From Minutocellus sp. GHC0000111 (lineage: Eukaryota), in contig OZ361259.1 of assembly GCA_977018835.1 (NCBI GenBank), positions 3,162,001 to 3,226,000 of the forward strand: a DNA stretch of 64,000 nucleotides. Reading direction: 5' to 3'. Below, in pieces: positions 47,593 to 59,943 of this stretch. A program made the translations under genes and the position numbers. Each line of letters opens with the position of its first letter. Position 1 is the stretch's first letter. The notes under the pieces are model-generated. The model did not search any database. It saw nothing but the letters and a program-made list of their open reading frames with translations, and was not told the DNA's origin.

Positions 47593-48673
47593 ATGAGCGC
47601 CGCTGGGGTAGAAAAGCCGCCGAGCAAAAAGTCAAAGCTCGGCGGAGAGGCCGAATTCGACGTCGGAGGTCCGATGTATGATGAAGAGACCGCTCGCAAA
47701 ATGCTTCAAGAGGCCGGGTTTGATCCTGATGATTTGAACAACGTATCAGCATTGGACATTTTGCTCATTTGCCGATGACCTATTATTGCCTCAAGGGCGA
47801 CATCAAAATGTGCCGGTATCTTCTCACGAAGGGTGCACCTACAACTGAAACCTGGTACAAGACCGGCGATGCCGTCCTTTCTCCAATGATGGCAGCATGC
47901 ATGGGAGGTAGTCTTGAAATTTGTCAGTTACTATGCGAAAATGGTGGCCTTGTTGATATCGGAAAGGAGAATGACCTACTTCACTGCCCCCTATACATGG
48001 CTAGTCGTGGCGAGAGTTCTCAAGTTAGGCGAGAAAGAGTGATACTCCACCAAGAATACAAAGACATTTGCCGCTTTCTTATTCTCAATGGAGCGTTGAG
48101 TGGGGATCATCGTTCAATTGACGAGAGAATCAGAAAGATTCTCTACCAGAACCCGGCTATAACTATGTGACTGCACATGACATCATCGTCGACGAGAGAC
48201 CCTATCTGCTCCAGTGGGCCGACGACACGGTCAAAACATATAACAGCTTCAATATCTTTCTCATGGGAACGAGTCAGTACGAAGCACCACCATTTGCCCC
48301 CGAACATCTTTTGAAAATGCTAGCAGAGGGCACTCGTTCTATGGACTCGGCGAAAATGATAATGGCCCACCTTCCCGAAGACAAGCAAATGGCAATCTGG
48401 AAAAATTCTTTGCCAAGCGAAAAGAGCTGCATTCTTCAGTGTTTGTCTGGGCACGCTGGAATCAGGCAGCACATTGCCAGCTTCGTGGGCCTTGTTACGA
48501 GCGAGCAGGTATGTTTGCTGCGAAAATTGGCGGTTTCGCTGAGGAAATATCTCGAGGAACGGCCGTATCAGAATGTGGATTTAAGCGATGGCGGTTCATC
48601 GGGCTCAGATGAATCATCGGACTCGGACAATTCATCGGACTCGGGCGATGAGTTCAACTTTGATGAACATTAA
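47593..48673 (+). pseudogene. Ankyrin-repeat protein (paralogue 3), two frameshifts
   Basis: Shares GGPMYDEETARKML..GFDPDD and CILQCLSGHAGIR..FVGL with paralogues 1 and 2; breaks near 47765 and 48165. Confidence 0.75.
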
Positions 48674-49006
48674 GATGATTGAAGGAGCCATGTTCATTAT
48701 TATAGTCGGTCGTCTCGTTGGTGCTTCTTTCTTGTCTTGGGAATCGTAAACAAAATAATCTAATAACAAGGGGGACATTGATTTGATGTTTAACAACTAC
48801 AGAGTTTTACATCATGGAACTACTAGATGGCTGGTCAATCCAATTTACTTATTTAGATATGCCCATCTGTGTGTGTTACTCTTTGCGTCGTTTGTTGTTG
48901 TTCCTTATCGTATCAGCGGAGGACTACATGTAATACCCAACACACTCCGATCGACGCGGCAACCAAGCTATGCAGCTCTCTGAAGACGGCACCCAGCCCC
49001 CCCAAG

Positions 49007-49279
49007 TCAAGCACGCCCCCCAACACCACCACCAGCAACCTCCCTCCGTATCTCCAGAATCGCCGCCGCCACGGCCTCGGGACTGACACCGCTCTCCACC
49101 AGGTCGACCAACGCCACGAGGGCATCTCGACTGAGGCCCGTCTGGAGCAGGTCGAAAAGCTGGCAGATAATGTCCATTGATTCCCGCGAGGTGGACAAAG
49201 ACGGCGTCGCAGAGGATACTGCCGATGAAGCAGGCCCAGGGACCGCTGATCCAGGGCGTGGTCGTCGGTATCCTTCCAT
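49007..49279 (-). CDS. MZT1: Mitotic-spindle organizing protein 1 (MOZART1/GIP)
   Basis: MDIICQLFDLLQTGLSRDALVALVDLVESGVSPEAVAAAILEIRRE matches the LL.TGL....L.....L.E.GV.PEALA.....R pattern. Confidence 0.8.
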   Translation of the reverse strand: MEGYRRPRPGSAVPGPASSAVSSATPSLSTSRESMDIICQLFDLLQTGLSRDALVALVDLVESGVSPEAVAAAILEIRREVAGGGVGGRA

Positions 49280-49509
49280 TGTTGCAATCAAAAAGTCCCA
49301 CGCCAACACAAACAGCTTGCCCCTTTCGTTGTGCGAAGTCAATGGCGAACATGCAAAATAATGAAAACGATGTCCATTTTTGTATCGGGGATTAATCCAA
49401 TCTCCCCCTGATAAATGGGGAGCCTGACGCAAGAGCTCGTACCTAGGTACAAGGCGTCTATCAAGCTATTGACAAGAGAAGGGGACGTCGATAAAGGTAT
49501 CATCGTATC

Positions 49510-50498
49510 ATGCGGGGATTATCTGCATTATTTCCGCTAATTTTGGCCGCCAAGGCATCGGCCTTTCAGCCATCCGCCAGGAACTCAATATTGCCAGCAC
49601 GAGCTTGCCCTTTAAAACAAGCACAAATTTCACAACAACTGCCGAATCAATCAGGCTGCAGTTGAATCAAATTAGGAAAGACGCAGTCACAGCACTCTCT
49701 TTATCAACAAATAATGAATCGAGTACCTCAGAAAATAACGCTGCATCGCCCGTTGCTGCAGTGTCTTTTGCGGCAATCGCCTTCGCGTACTGGTATCTCC
49801 TCGTCTTTGGTGCAGCTGCGGCATCGGCAGGACTGCCAGTGCCTGACTTTATCCCTTTGGTACCCGGCTGGCCACCATCTGACGCTGATCTGGCACCAGC
49901 TTTGGAAGATTCGGCCAACTTCTTCTACATCAAGGACATATTGGAGGGAAAGGACGTAAATGTCCCACCTGTGCGGTTGGCCGTGTTCAACTTCGCCGAG
50001 GCGTGGATATTCGCATTCCTACCGGCATTGTTGGCAGATGCGAAGCGGTTGCCCCTGCCGGCGGTATTGTTTGCCTGGACGGGTGGGTTGGGACTGACGA
50101 ATGCCTTCTTGGCCCCGTATCTTTTCCTCCGTGAGGCATTTGCGCTTGGGGGTGATGGTGATGTCGATGATGATGATAATGCTTCCAGCACAAAGGGAGG
50201 ACGGAATGCTCTATTGTCTGTCGCTGTTGGAGGGATTGCAACTGCCGCTGTAACATATGCCGGGTGTGACTGCATCACTGCCTCTACGGCCTCTGATTGG
50301 GGAGATTTTGTACAGCTAGCAAGATATGATAGGACATACCTGGCATTTCTGGTGGATCTGGTACTGTTTTCGGCAAGTCAATCGTTTCTTCTCAGACGCG
50401 TATATAACCAACACAACGAAGATAGCGATGAATCTAGCATGCCTCAAATCTACAATGTTCCATTCGTTGGAATGATGGCGTGGCTTTTTGGTGTTTGA
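49510..50498 (+). CDS. Probably plastid-targeted multi-pass membrane protein, one frameshift near the 5' end
   Basis: ATG 49510 gives MRGLSALFPLILAAKASAFQP (signal peptide plus ASAF motif), out of frame with the hydrophobic 49605..50498 ORF. Confidence 0.55.
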
Positions 50499-50728
50499 GA
50501 GGGGAACTGGGAAAGGTGACAGTTAATGTATTGAAAAAAGGTATACAAAAAGTTACCACGTAATTGGTATCAACTTTTAGTAAGCTCACTCCTAATAATT
50601 GGAACCTGACAAGGTCAATCTCTTGCGGGGCTGTATTTTTAGTATATGACTGCGGAACATAATTTACATCAGCCATTGTGCCGGCACAGTATGCAAGACA
50701 TTCAAAAAGCGTCCGCGCCACCCTTTTG

Positions 50729-52084
50729 TTAGTGCTGTGCCTTGATCAAGTCAAGAGCGGTCCTGATTTCATCGGCACTGCCGCCGTTGTGAGCATTGTG
50801 ATACCCCAAATCCCTCAGCAGCGCCGCGCCACGGTTGCATCTTCCCGTATAATTTGTGTTGCCCTTTGTGCAATGAACGATGAAGGCTGTATCCTTCTGG
50901 TTAGGCAGTGAACCCATATCAATGCCTGCATCAACGAGCTTATTGTAAACTCTTGTGCAGTTGTCTGATGGACACTCTGAGGATTTCCATCTAGGAACAT
51001 GAACTGATCCTGGAATCGCATTGCCGCCTTTGGATTCGGCGACTTCCTTCTCGGAACGGACGTCGATGATGATTGGATCTTTGAGTGCCTTGAGAAGCGA
51101 TGCGTCTGCCACCTTGCTCGTAGCTTCGATATTCTTTTTGGCAATGATGGCAGTCCGTTCACTGTATCTCTGCAGCAACAGTGGCTGCTGATCGCGCAAA
51201 AGCAACGTGTATCGGAACAGCTCGTCAACGACGTCTACGACACGAGAGCGCAAAAGCCCCTCCTTTAGAGTGCCGTCTTCGTTAAATTCAGTGTATGCCT
51301 TAGGGATGCTGGATTGGTTGGGAATTACGACCATTCGCATCCAACGGCCCAGCACACGTAAATTGTTGACAGTGTTGAAGCTCTGCGAGCCGGCCTCCAC
51401 TTGCATCACCGCTACAGTTTTGCCCTGAGTAGGGCGCAGGGCACCCTCGGTAAGAGGCATCCAATCGATCTGATTCTTAAAGACGGCACTGAAATTGCCA
51501 TGGACCTCCGGCGATACCCACACCATGCCCTCGCACCAACGCGTTAGGGCAGGCAATTCCGCCACCTTGGCGTTGGTCTTTGGATCGACATCTTGCGAAA
51601 AGAGAGGCAGGTCCGTCGGATCGAACAGCTTGACCTCGGCTCCATAACTTGCCAATATCCGTCCCGCCTCGACGGCCACGCGACGGCTGCAGGAGTCGGC
51701 GCGGAGGCTGCCGGTTAGAAGCAGAAACTTGGGGGCGTGCGTCGACATGCGGGTGGTCATGGCCCGGAGCGTGGCGGTGACGGCGTCGCAGCATCCTTCG
51801 TATGCTGCCGATCCCGGAAATGGAGTTGAAGATGACACGGACTTGTCGTCGGCGTTGTGTTTTTCATTGTTACCGATGTTGCTGCCCGCGATAAATTCCA
51901 CCGTGCCACTGGGGCAGCAGGTCGTGTGGATCGGCTGGCCCATCTTGGCAATAGCAATATCTCCCGGACTTGGTTCAAGAGCTTTTAGCAGGCCAGTGCC
52001 GTCGATGTCGATCGATGCCCAGTCGTCAGGTTTGGTGACAAGATTGGCCCTGTCGGCATGAGTGGTGAAACTTGCAGTTGCCAT
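50729..52084 (-). CDS. arsH: ArsH-type NADPH-dependent FMN reductase fused to a C-terminal rhodanese-like domain
   Basis: [55 protein letters not shown], then IIDVRS..E...IPGSVHVP...IVHC...LRDLGY.NAHNGG. Probable pair of compensating frameshifts at ~50995-50945. Confidence 0.88.
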   Translation of the reverse strand: MATASFTTHADRANLVTKPDDWASIDIDGTGLLKALEPSPGDIAIAKMGQPIHTTCCPSGTVEFIAGSNIGNNEKHNADDKSVSSSTPFPGSAAYEGCCDAVTATLRAMTTRMSTHAPKFLLLTGSLRADSCSRRVAVEAGRILASYGAEVKLFDPTDLPLFSQDVDPKTNAKVAELPALTRWCEGMVWVSPEVHGNFSAVFKNQIDWMPLTEGALRPTQGKTVAVMQVEAGSQSFNTVNNLRVLGRWMRMVVIPNQSSIPKAYTEFNEDGTLKEGLLRSRVVDVVDELFRYTLLLRDQQPLLLQRYSERTAIIAKKNIEATSKVADASLLKALKDPIIIDVRSEKEVAESKGGNAIPGSVHVPRWKSSECPSDNCTRVYNKLVDAGIDMGSLPNQKDTAFIVHCTKGNTNYTGRCNRGAALLRDLGYHNAHNGGSADEIRTALDLIKAQH

Positions 52085-52423
52085 ATTTTTTTAATTGTGT
52101 TGTCGGTATCTTCTATGAATGATTTATGCTTTGTTAATCCATGTGTGATGGAGCTCGCAACAAGGCGCGTGAGCATCAATCGTACCAGGGCGGATCGCAC
52201 AGCCAAGTATCTGATGACGCCGCGCCAAAGTAGGATTGCGGCCCAGTCAACGCACAGCAGTCAAGCAGCAATCGTGCGAGAGTGTTGCAAGCAGACGGTC
52301 TTTTCGCGCTTTTACTTATGTGAAAACAAGAAAGGGAGAAGAGGAAAAACGACGAAAAATGACGATGACGGACGCCTTACGAATCGAATCTCCACTTGAC
52401 TTCCACCGACCCAGACAACGACC

Positions 52424-53245
52424 ATGACCAGGCGATTCCCCACCAACCACGCTCGCGTCCTCGGCGCCCTGTACCTCCTCCTTTGGATACCAGCGCGAGT
52501 AAGTGCCTGCGGCTCTTGCCTCGGATCGCTTGCCTTATCGGGAGCTGGCGTCAGTGGCAGCATTTCCAGCACAAAATCGAAGGCAGCCGCACGGACCGGC
52601 ACTCCCCAGCACCACCGCCATGCACTGCCTCCAACTGCTCAGGCGTCTGCCGGTATCGCCGGGGTCAGGAAGTTCCCAGCGGGGCGAAGTCCGATATCAA
52701 AATCAGCCTTGGGTTTGATTGCCATTCGGCAATTCCTATCACGGGCTGACTTTGCAGCGATGCTGGCGAAATCTCGCATGTCTTTTGCATTCGAGTCATC
52801 AGACAATGCTGCCTCTGATTCTCGTGCGTCATCGAACAGCGACAAGCGAGAAGCCGCCAAAGACATTACTTCCAACGGCGGCGACTCCGCTTCATCCCAA
52901 AATCCCGATGCACTTGAAGATTTGCTATCGGATGACAACTACGAGACCCCCGAGCAACGCGGCGTCGATCCAGAATACATGGCCCGCTCGAAAGAAGGAC
53001 GAATGACGGCCGGGATGACCGGCGCAATCGGCTTCTACAAGGGTTGGATATCGCCCATACTGCCCCCGGCATGTCGCTTCGTACCAACGTGCAGTCAGTA
53101 CGGTGTGCAGGCCATTCAAGAGTTTGGACCAGCCAAAGGTGCACTGCTGACGGCCTGGAGGTTGATGCGTTGCAGCCCGCTCGGTGGCAAGGGGTATGAC
53201 CCACCCCGATGGCCACCCGTGCCGTACAACTATGCAAGCTACTAA
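52424..53245 (+). CDS. yidD: YidD-like membrane protein insertion efficiency factor with an N-terminal targeting extension
   Basis: FYKGWISPILPPACRFVPTCSQYGVQAIQEFG..KG.LLTAWRLMRCSPLGGKGYDPP. Confidence 0.85.
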   Translation: MTRRFPTNHARVLGALYLLLWIPARVSACGSCLGSLALSGAGVSGSISSTKSKAAARTGTPQHHRHALPPTAQASAGIAGVRKFPAGRSPISKSALGLIAIRQFLSRADFAAMLAKSRMSFAFESSDNAASDSRASSNSDKREAAKDITSNGGDSASSQNPDALEDLLSDDNYETPEQRGVDPEYMARSKEGRMTAGMTGAIGFYKGWISPILPPACRFVPTCSQYGVQAIQEFGPAKGALLTAWRLMRCSPLGGKGYDPPRWPPVPYNYASY

Positions 53246-53518
53246 ACCATGTCAAAAACTACGTAAAGGGCGGGAAATAGGTGGGATCTTGTGTGTAGTT
53301 GTGTGGCGTGGATGTCGTTCCGTGCGGTATTAATATTAATATGAGGAGAGCGAATAATGATGAATTTGAGCGTCACATCTCCACAGCGCATCATTTCAAG
53401 GCACACAGGGAAATGGGAGGGAGGTGCAACTGCTAAAGACCATAGCAGGAAAACGGAAAGGCATGCATCCTCTATTTGCCCTTTCTCTTATAGCGGGGCA
53501 TAGATTCTAATTGATGAC

Positions 53519-55780
53519 ATGACTCAACCTGCGCCGCCCATTCGAGTCCTCGTCAGAGTCCGGCCGAGAGATGGAGCAGAGAACCTAGATACCACCATCC
53601 TCAAAACTCAAATTGACCCAGACGCCAAGAGCAATGTTCCATTGCTTTGCCTTCGCTCGAATGATGCGTCGTCGTGGCAGGGCTTCAAATTCGATGCTGT
53701 ATTAGATGGAAGGGCAACTCAGGCCGATCTCATGTCCCATTTTGATGACATTATCGAAGGAGTCCTTGATGGTGTGAGCTGCACTGCCTTTGCCTACGGC
53801 CAGACCTCGTCTGGCAAGTCTTATTCACTCATCGGAAAAGGTTTTGACGATGTTTTCCGGACCAAGCTGCCCTGGAAACAAGTTTGTGCCGATGTTTACT
53901 CTAATCGAGATTCTTGGGGTGTCATCCCCCGGTCAATCTTTGAGCTCTTTGCGAAATTGGAATGTGATGAAAGTTCCATTGTATCGTTTACTGTTCGATG
54001 TTCATTTATGCAGATTTACAATGACAGAGTATTTGATCTGTTGGCGCCGTGCAAATCCAACAAAACGGGCCTTCCCATACGTGAAGATAGCGCCGCTCTG
54101 GGTGGTGTTACTATCCATGGCCTTTCGTCTATTGAGGTCAGTACCGCCGAGCAGGCGATAAAGCTGTTGTATCAAGGCGGTCGCCGACGTACGGTCCGTG
54201 AAACGTCGTGCAATGAACGTAGCAGTAGGTCCCATGCGATAATTAGGCTCTCCGTGGAAACATGCAGTGTTGGTAGAAATGGCACATCCGTAACAAGACG
54301 CTCCTTACTAAACTTGGTCGACTGCGCAGGAAGTGAGCGATGGGGATCCGACGAACGCAGCAAGCTTTCGGCGACGGAACTTACGAGTATCAACACATCG
54401 TTATCAGCTCTAGGCAATTGCGTATCTGCCCTCGCGCAAAGGTCCAAGCACATTCCTTTTCGATCTTCTGCTCTGACCAGAATACTGAAAGATTGTTTGG
54501 GCGGGGGTGCAAGAGCAATGATCATCGCTACGGTTCATAGCACGCCGTCTTGCCGTTTTGAGACGGCCAGTACCCTTGCATTTGCGAGTAGAGCCCTCAG
54601 TCTCGGCAAAATATTGCCCGATGTCAACGTTGATGAGAAGATTGATGATGCCGTCTTGTTGAGACAGGCAAAGGCGGAAATTCAACGGCTTCGGAGGGCC
54701 GTGGAAGCAAAGGCCGAGAGTGAGAGTGGTGATTGTAGTAGAGATAATGATGACACCTGCATTGAAGATGGATGGGAAGAAAAGGTCAAAATAGCAACTA
54801 CAGCGATACACGAGGTTGTCGATGCGGTTGAAGCTGGCAAAATCAAAGCCAACGAAGTAGGCGATGAGCTAAAATCTTTCTTTTCCCTTTCGAGGAAGCT
54901 TCAAGCAAGCATTGAATCTGCCTGTGATGAGAATGCCTTATCCGCGGTTACAGAAGAGGCGATGCAGGGAGGAGAAGAGACATCCGAGCAACGAGAGGAT
55001 GCATCGGCACCAGCTAAACTGTTGCAGACTTGTAGAGAGGAGGCCGAAACCATTGATACTCATCCGTCCAAATTGGCATTATCATCGAGCTGTATTGAAC
55101 CGCTAAGCCCGCGGTCCCTCGCAGAGGCAAAGCACGAACAACTTTGTTCTTCATTTGATGACTGTGACAACGACCAACGCGACACCTCGGTGAAGAAGTC
55201 GCCGCTGACTCAGCGAGACCACAGAGAAACTTCGATAGCTTGTGAGCGCCATCAAATTGAGGACTGCTTTTTGTGCAAGATGGAGAGAAGAGATATCGAT
55301 AAAGCAGATAGTTGCGTTGCATTTAGCTCTCAAACAAAGACCAAGATCTCCAGTAAACCAAGGATACGGCAACGAAACACCTCTTCAACTGAACCTCGTC
55401 CTAGATGGACCAACCGAACAGATTCGTTTTCATCGAAAAAGCGACAAGAAAACTACTCAACGTAACGAAAGCTCTCAAGCCGTCATAGTAGCATCCCAGA
55501 ACCAACTACTCGCAGTCCAGCTACAAGGAAAACGCATTCACCAAAACCTTATGTCTTGGGACAGAAAAGTTGCCTGGGTTCAACGCCGAATCAGTTGCGA
55601 CATATATCAAAAACGCCAAAACCAGCAAGAGGTCTTTCGAGCCTTTCGAACAGGGGCATGACCAGTACAAATCGTCCGACCTCCAGTCGGAATCGCATAC
55701 GGCCAGATGATATGAAAACAGCAAAAGATAGAGCACGGATGGCAATCGCTGAGGCATCAAGGGTTCTAGCCCACATGTAG
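53519..55780 (+). CDS. Kinesin motor protein; tail probably frameshifted (called ORF ends 55465)
   Basis: RVRP, FAYGQTSSGKS, NERSSRSH, LVDCAGSE, HIPFRSSALTRIL; coding-like sequence continues in other frames to 55780. Confidence 0.85.
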
Positions 55781-55813
55781 TGTGATCATAATATTGATGT
55801 TGAATTTACTTCG

Positions 55814-57501
55814 CTAATTACAACTTGCAATGTCGCTTTCACAAAGCAAATGCGCTGCGAGGCATCCTTGATTATCAAGAAAATATTTTGAAGATCGTTC
55901 CAAACAATCTTTTGGTGTCATTGGATAAACTAGCGCATCTTCATGTCCATCAACAACTGATAAGTTCTGACGATCTCCCTCAAATACCCCCTCTGCATTG
56001 TAGACAACACGTTGCGGATTTTGTTTCCTCCTTCTTCCCACCCATCCCTGGTAGGTTCCAAAGCATGACATGCTTGTCGCATCTCCTTCTGCTTCACAAT
56101 ACGGTTTATCGCCAACGATTCTGTTAGTTCGCCTATCACTGAAAAGCATGGAAAGTGGCATCGTCTGTGTGAAGGAGCTATATCGTCCAGCAACTATAAC
56201 ATCTGACAAGCTCAGCAGCACCATGTCGATCATTTGAAGCTCCCACGCCTAGAGACATCGTCTATCCTTGATGAGATACGATGGTCCCATCGTACCATCG
56301 AAATTATGCGAGTTGAATATCACTTGAATGTCGTTCTCGGCAAACAGTTGTCGGGTAGACTTGAAAATTGACGGAGTATCAGTTGCAACAAATATGAGCG
56401 GCTTATTTTCATATCTTTCCGCATGGCTGGTTGTCAGCAGCTCCTCCTTCACATATCGGACAACGAGGAGAACCATTTGCCGCACCCACTCGTTTAAATT
56501 TTCAATCTCTCGCTTCTTTTCCACAAACTCTCCCACCTCACCATTGCCAGCCCGAACATGGAGACCGACGACAATAAATTTGGATCGATCAATATATTTC
56601 CTTCCCTCTTCACCACTCGTAACAAAGGAACGAAAGAGATTGAAGTGGTTTGCAACAAATCGATTTCGCAAAGTCCGATAGAATTCCATATCCGATTCCA
56701 ATAGTGACCTTGCAAATCTTGACTCCCGTAGTTGCCGAGTTGCATATGGCTTGTATCCAGGAACTTCATTTGATATTGTCAGATGCTGACCTGCATTTGC
56801 AGATGGGTCCTTCTCACGATCCGGAGATGCTCTGCTTTCTGAGCCGAACAGGTGACTCCACAGATCTACCCCTGACGTGCTATTTGAATTCCATGCAGGA
56901 CATTCCCCCCAATCCTGCCGCAAGCCGACACCCAGACGCTTAGCCACTGGAGTACATACACAGAGAATCATTGGTGAGACGATGAACTTTTGTAACAAGA
57001 ATGATTCAAACAGCCAGATCTAAACTCACAATGATATGCTGCAGCAGCTCTTGTTAATCGATGGCCGAGGCCTCTGCTTGCCTTGTACTCTATGTAGTCA
57101 TCTGAACCTCTGATTTGAGCCAGATGTGCTGGTGTCGATGCCGATGCCTCGAGTCCTTGAATGTACGCTCTTGGAAGAGGGGCAGCATGACGGGACAATA
57201 GTTGCAAAACTTGCAAGATAGTTTCCCGATCAGACTGCACGTGCTGTGATCGCAAGACATTCGTGGCGACAAGTGATGATGGAGTTGACGAACGAAGAAG
57301 ACTCGTAACGACGACGACGAGGACGCCAAGCGATGACAACAATAGGAGTACTGGTACTGAGCTGATCAGTCCCCAGCGGCTCCTCAAGCGAATATACGTG
57401 AATGCCGATGCACTGATCTTCTCATCGGAAGAACATGCTACTTGGACATGGACGTCCTCATGCCCATACAGATCCGCCGCTGCATGCCGTCGGCGCTTCA
57501 T
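55814..57501 (-). pseudogene. NodZ/alpha-1,6-fucosyltransferase-like type II membrane protein with one in-frame stop
   Basis: GLGHRL, GLHVRAGNGE, IFVATDT, DMVLLSLSDVIVAGRYSSF; intron 57029-56947; TAG at 56249-56251 in frame with the downstream ORF. Confidence 0.65.
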
Positions 57502-57803
57502 TTATTTGCTCGCCACGTCCAGTCATGCCCATGGTTGCTCCTTGCTGGTTTTTGACCGAGCGCGATCGCGACGCGACGCGACCTGAGGGCTATGACAAAA
57601 AAAGAAAGTTTTTGCGAAATCTCGTCTTGCCTTCGTCCGTCAGTCGAAGAACCTCTCAAAATCACACAAGACGTGCCGTATTTTGCGGTATCTACGCAAC
57701 CAGCTGAATTCAAATTGCTGCCTGCCCTACAGATACGCAACTTCAGCATTGCCTGCAATAGATATTATATATTTTTTAAAATCTCTTAGCGTATCTTTTG
57801 ACC

Positions 57804-59835
57804 ATGTCGGACTTTGACGAGGACATGCCGGACCTCCCGCCTCTTCCCGGAGTTTCCGACGAGGCCGGACCCGGGATGAAGCCGGGTTCGGAGGCGGCGG
57901 CGGGAGCTTCAGTCCACGACCATCTTGTCATGGCCGACGACGAAGGATACCATCCGCACGATCCACATGCCCACCATCATCTCCACGAAGATCCCGACGG
58001 CCTGCACCTGGGCGGCGAGGCCAAGATTGATTCCGTCGAGGCGGCCATCATGGCGGTGGCGACCGCGGGACCGCACATTGGCGGGGAGCCGCCCAGCCCG
58101 ATCACGACGACTGGGCGGACGCGGAAGATTACCAGAAGCAGACCGGGCCAGGGTCTGAAGCAACGCGCCCGTTGTGCTGTGGAGGGATGTGATAAGCAGG
58201 TGAGTACCGGGGACATACGCTTAACTCTCCGATGACTTGGCAGTACAATTCTGAACCTTCTGGCATGCTTTGGAACGTACCTGGTTGTTATTTATTTGCT
58301 TATTCGACATTCCACCAACCATTGTTCTTACATTTACCAATGCGTCTGCACAATTTATCATTGCAATAATTGCAAATTATCATCTCCACATACAGTCCCA
58401 GGGATCTCGGAACCTCGAAATGTGCCGAAAGCATTATATCGAGCATCAAAAGAGGACCAACCCCGAACTGGCAGCTGAAATCGTCAGGGAGTTGGCCATG
58501 GCGGGCAAGAAGAAGCGTGCCCAATGCTCCGTTGAGGGATGTTCCAAGCAATCGCAGGGAAGGGTATGCAACGGCATGTGCAGGGCGCATTTCGTCGAGT
58601 CGGGCGCCGAAGTTTCGCCGTCGCACAGACCAAGAAGAGTGCCCAGGGCGATGCCCGTCGAGATGCCACCTCTGCAGCCCGAACCTCCGAAGGTACGTGT
58701 ATCGTCTTTTAGCGAGATCGATGGAGGAAGAGAGCGTCACCAATACCTATGCCGGGTGGAGGGCTGTACCAAGCAAAGTCAGGGCGCGCGTAACAACCAA
58801 ATGTGCAGGAGGCATTACACGATCTACCTCCAGGCTACCAGTTACAACGATGGCTTTGACGAGGCCGACGACGTGCCCGAGGAGCCATGCACGATAGGCC
58901 GCCGTAGGACCTGCGCCATCCCCGGTTGCCCCAAGCAGTCCCAGGGCAAGAACAATCTCAATATGTGCCGCTCCCACTTCCGTGCGATGGAGACGGCCGG
59001 CATCTCCACTGAAGAGCTTCCGCAGTGGCAGCAGTCGCAAAGCATGGAGGTTGCGCTCCAGGCAGATGGTGCCGATTTCGCTGCCGCTGTCGATGCTCTG
59101 CCTCCTCTGCCAGACACCGAAGTCCCTGTTGCGGATGCCGCCTCGGCTGTTGCAGATGTCGCCGCCGCTGCTGCTCGTAATAATTATGGTGATGATGAAG
59201 ATCATAATCATCATTTTGCTGATGATGATGGAGATAATTATGATAATGACGATGGAGATAATAACGAAGTCGCTACTGCCGAAGTCTCCGACGATGATGA
59301 CGATGGAGCCCACGACGTTGAGGAAGAAATAGAGGGAAATGACGAAGAGCTCAGTCTCATGATTCAGAGGGAAATCCAGAAGCTCAAGAAACTCGAGCGA
59401 GGCGAGGATTGCGAGGAACAAGACGTTGAACAATATCTTGGCCACAATGATGATAATAATGCAGAAGCTGCTCTCGCTGCATCGACGGCAGCTGCGAATC
59501 CACCCCAGCCTGGTCCATCTCCCAAGCGTCCCCGTCTCGAGAATGCTGACCCTCCTACTAATTTGAACGAGAGGGCGCTGGTCAAGCGACGCCAGCAGGC
59601 CCGCGATGATGTCGAGGCTCTCAAGGCACAGCTGCAGGCCGCACAGTCAAAGGAGATGTCCGTGATGAACGCCATGGAAGGAATGGAGGAGTGCGTCATT
59701 TGTCAGAATGAGGCGAAGACCGTTACAATGACACCATGTGGCCATTCTGCCATTTGCAATCACTGCGCATACAACGAGAACAAATGTCCGATCTGCTTGG
59801 AACCTATCGAGGAGGATGGTGCGGTAGCTGTTTGA
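57804..59835 (+). CDS. Protein with four C.VEGC.KQSQG...MC..H zinc-finger repeats and a C-terminal RING finger
   Basis: Intron 58200-58395 joins CDKQ|SQG; RING CVIC...PCGHSAICNHC...CPIC. Confidence 0.75.
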
Positions 59836-59943
59836 ATAAGACATGGAAGACCAAAGAGGATGCCCGTTACATATATTCGTTTATTTGTTGATAATAAGTA
59901 ATTAATGCACATTATACTTCACAGCAAATGCTTTGCCTATTCT

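Noticed and set aside
30270..56251. UAG reassignment (alternative genetic code)
   Set aside because: TAG is the normal terminator of other genes here (16838-16840, 29429-29431) and long intact genes contain no internal TAG.
59175..59270. GAT/AAT-rich repeat tract
   Set aside because: Low-complexity Asp/Asn coding sequence within the zinc-finger gene.
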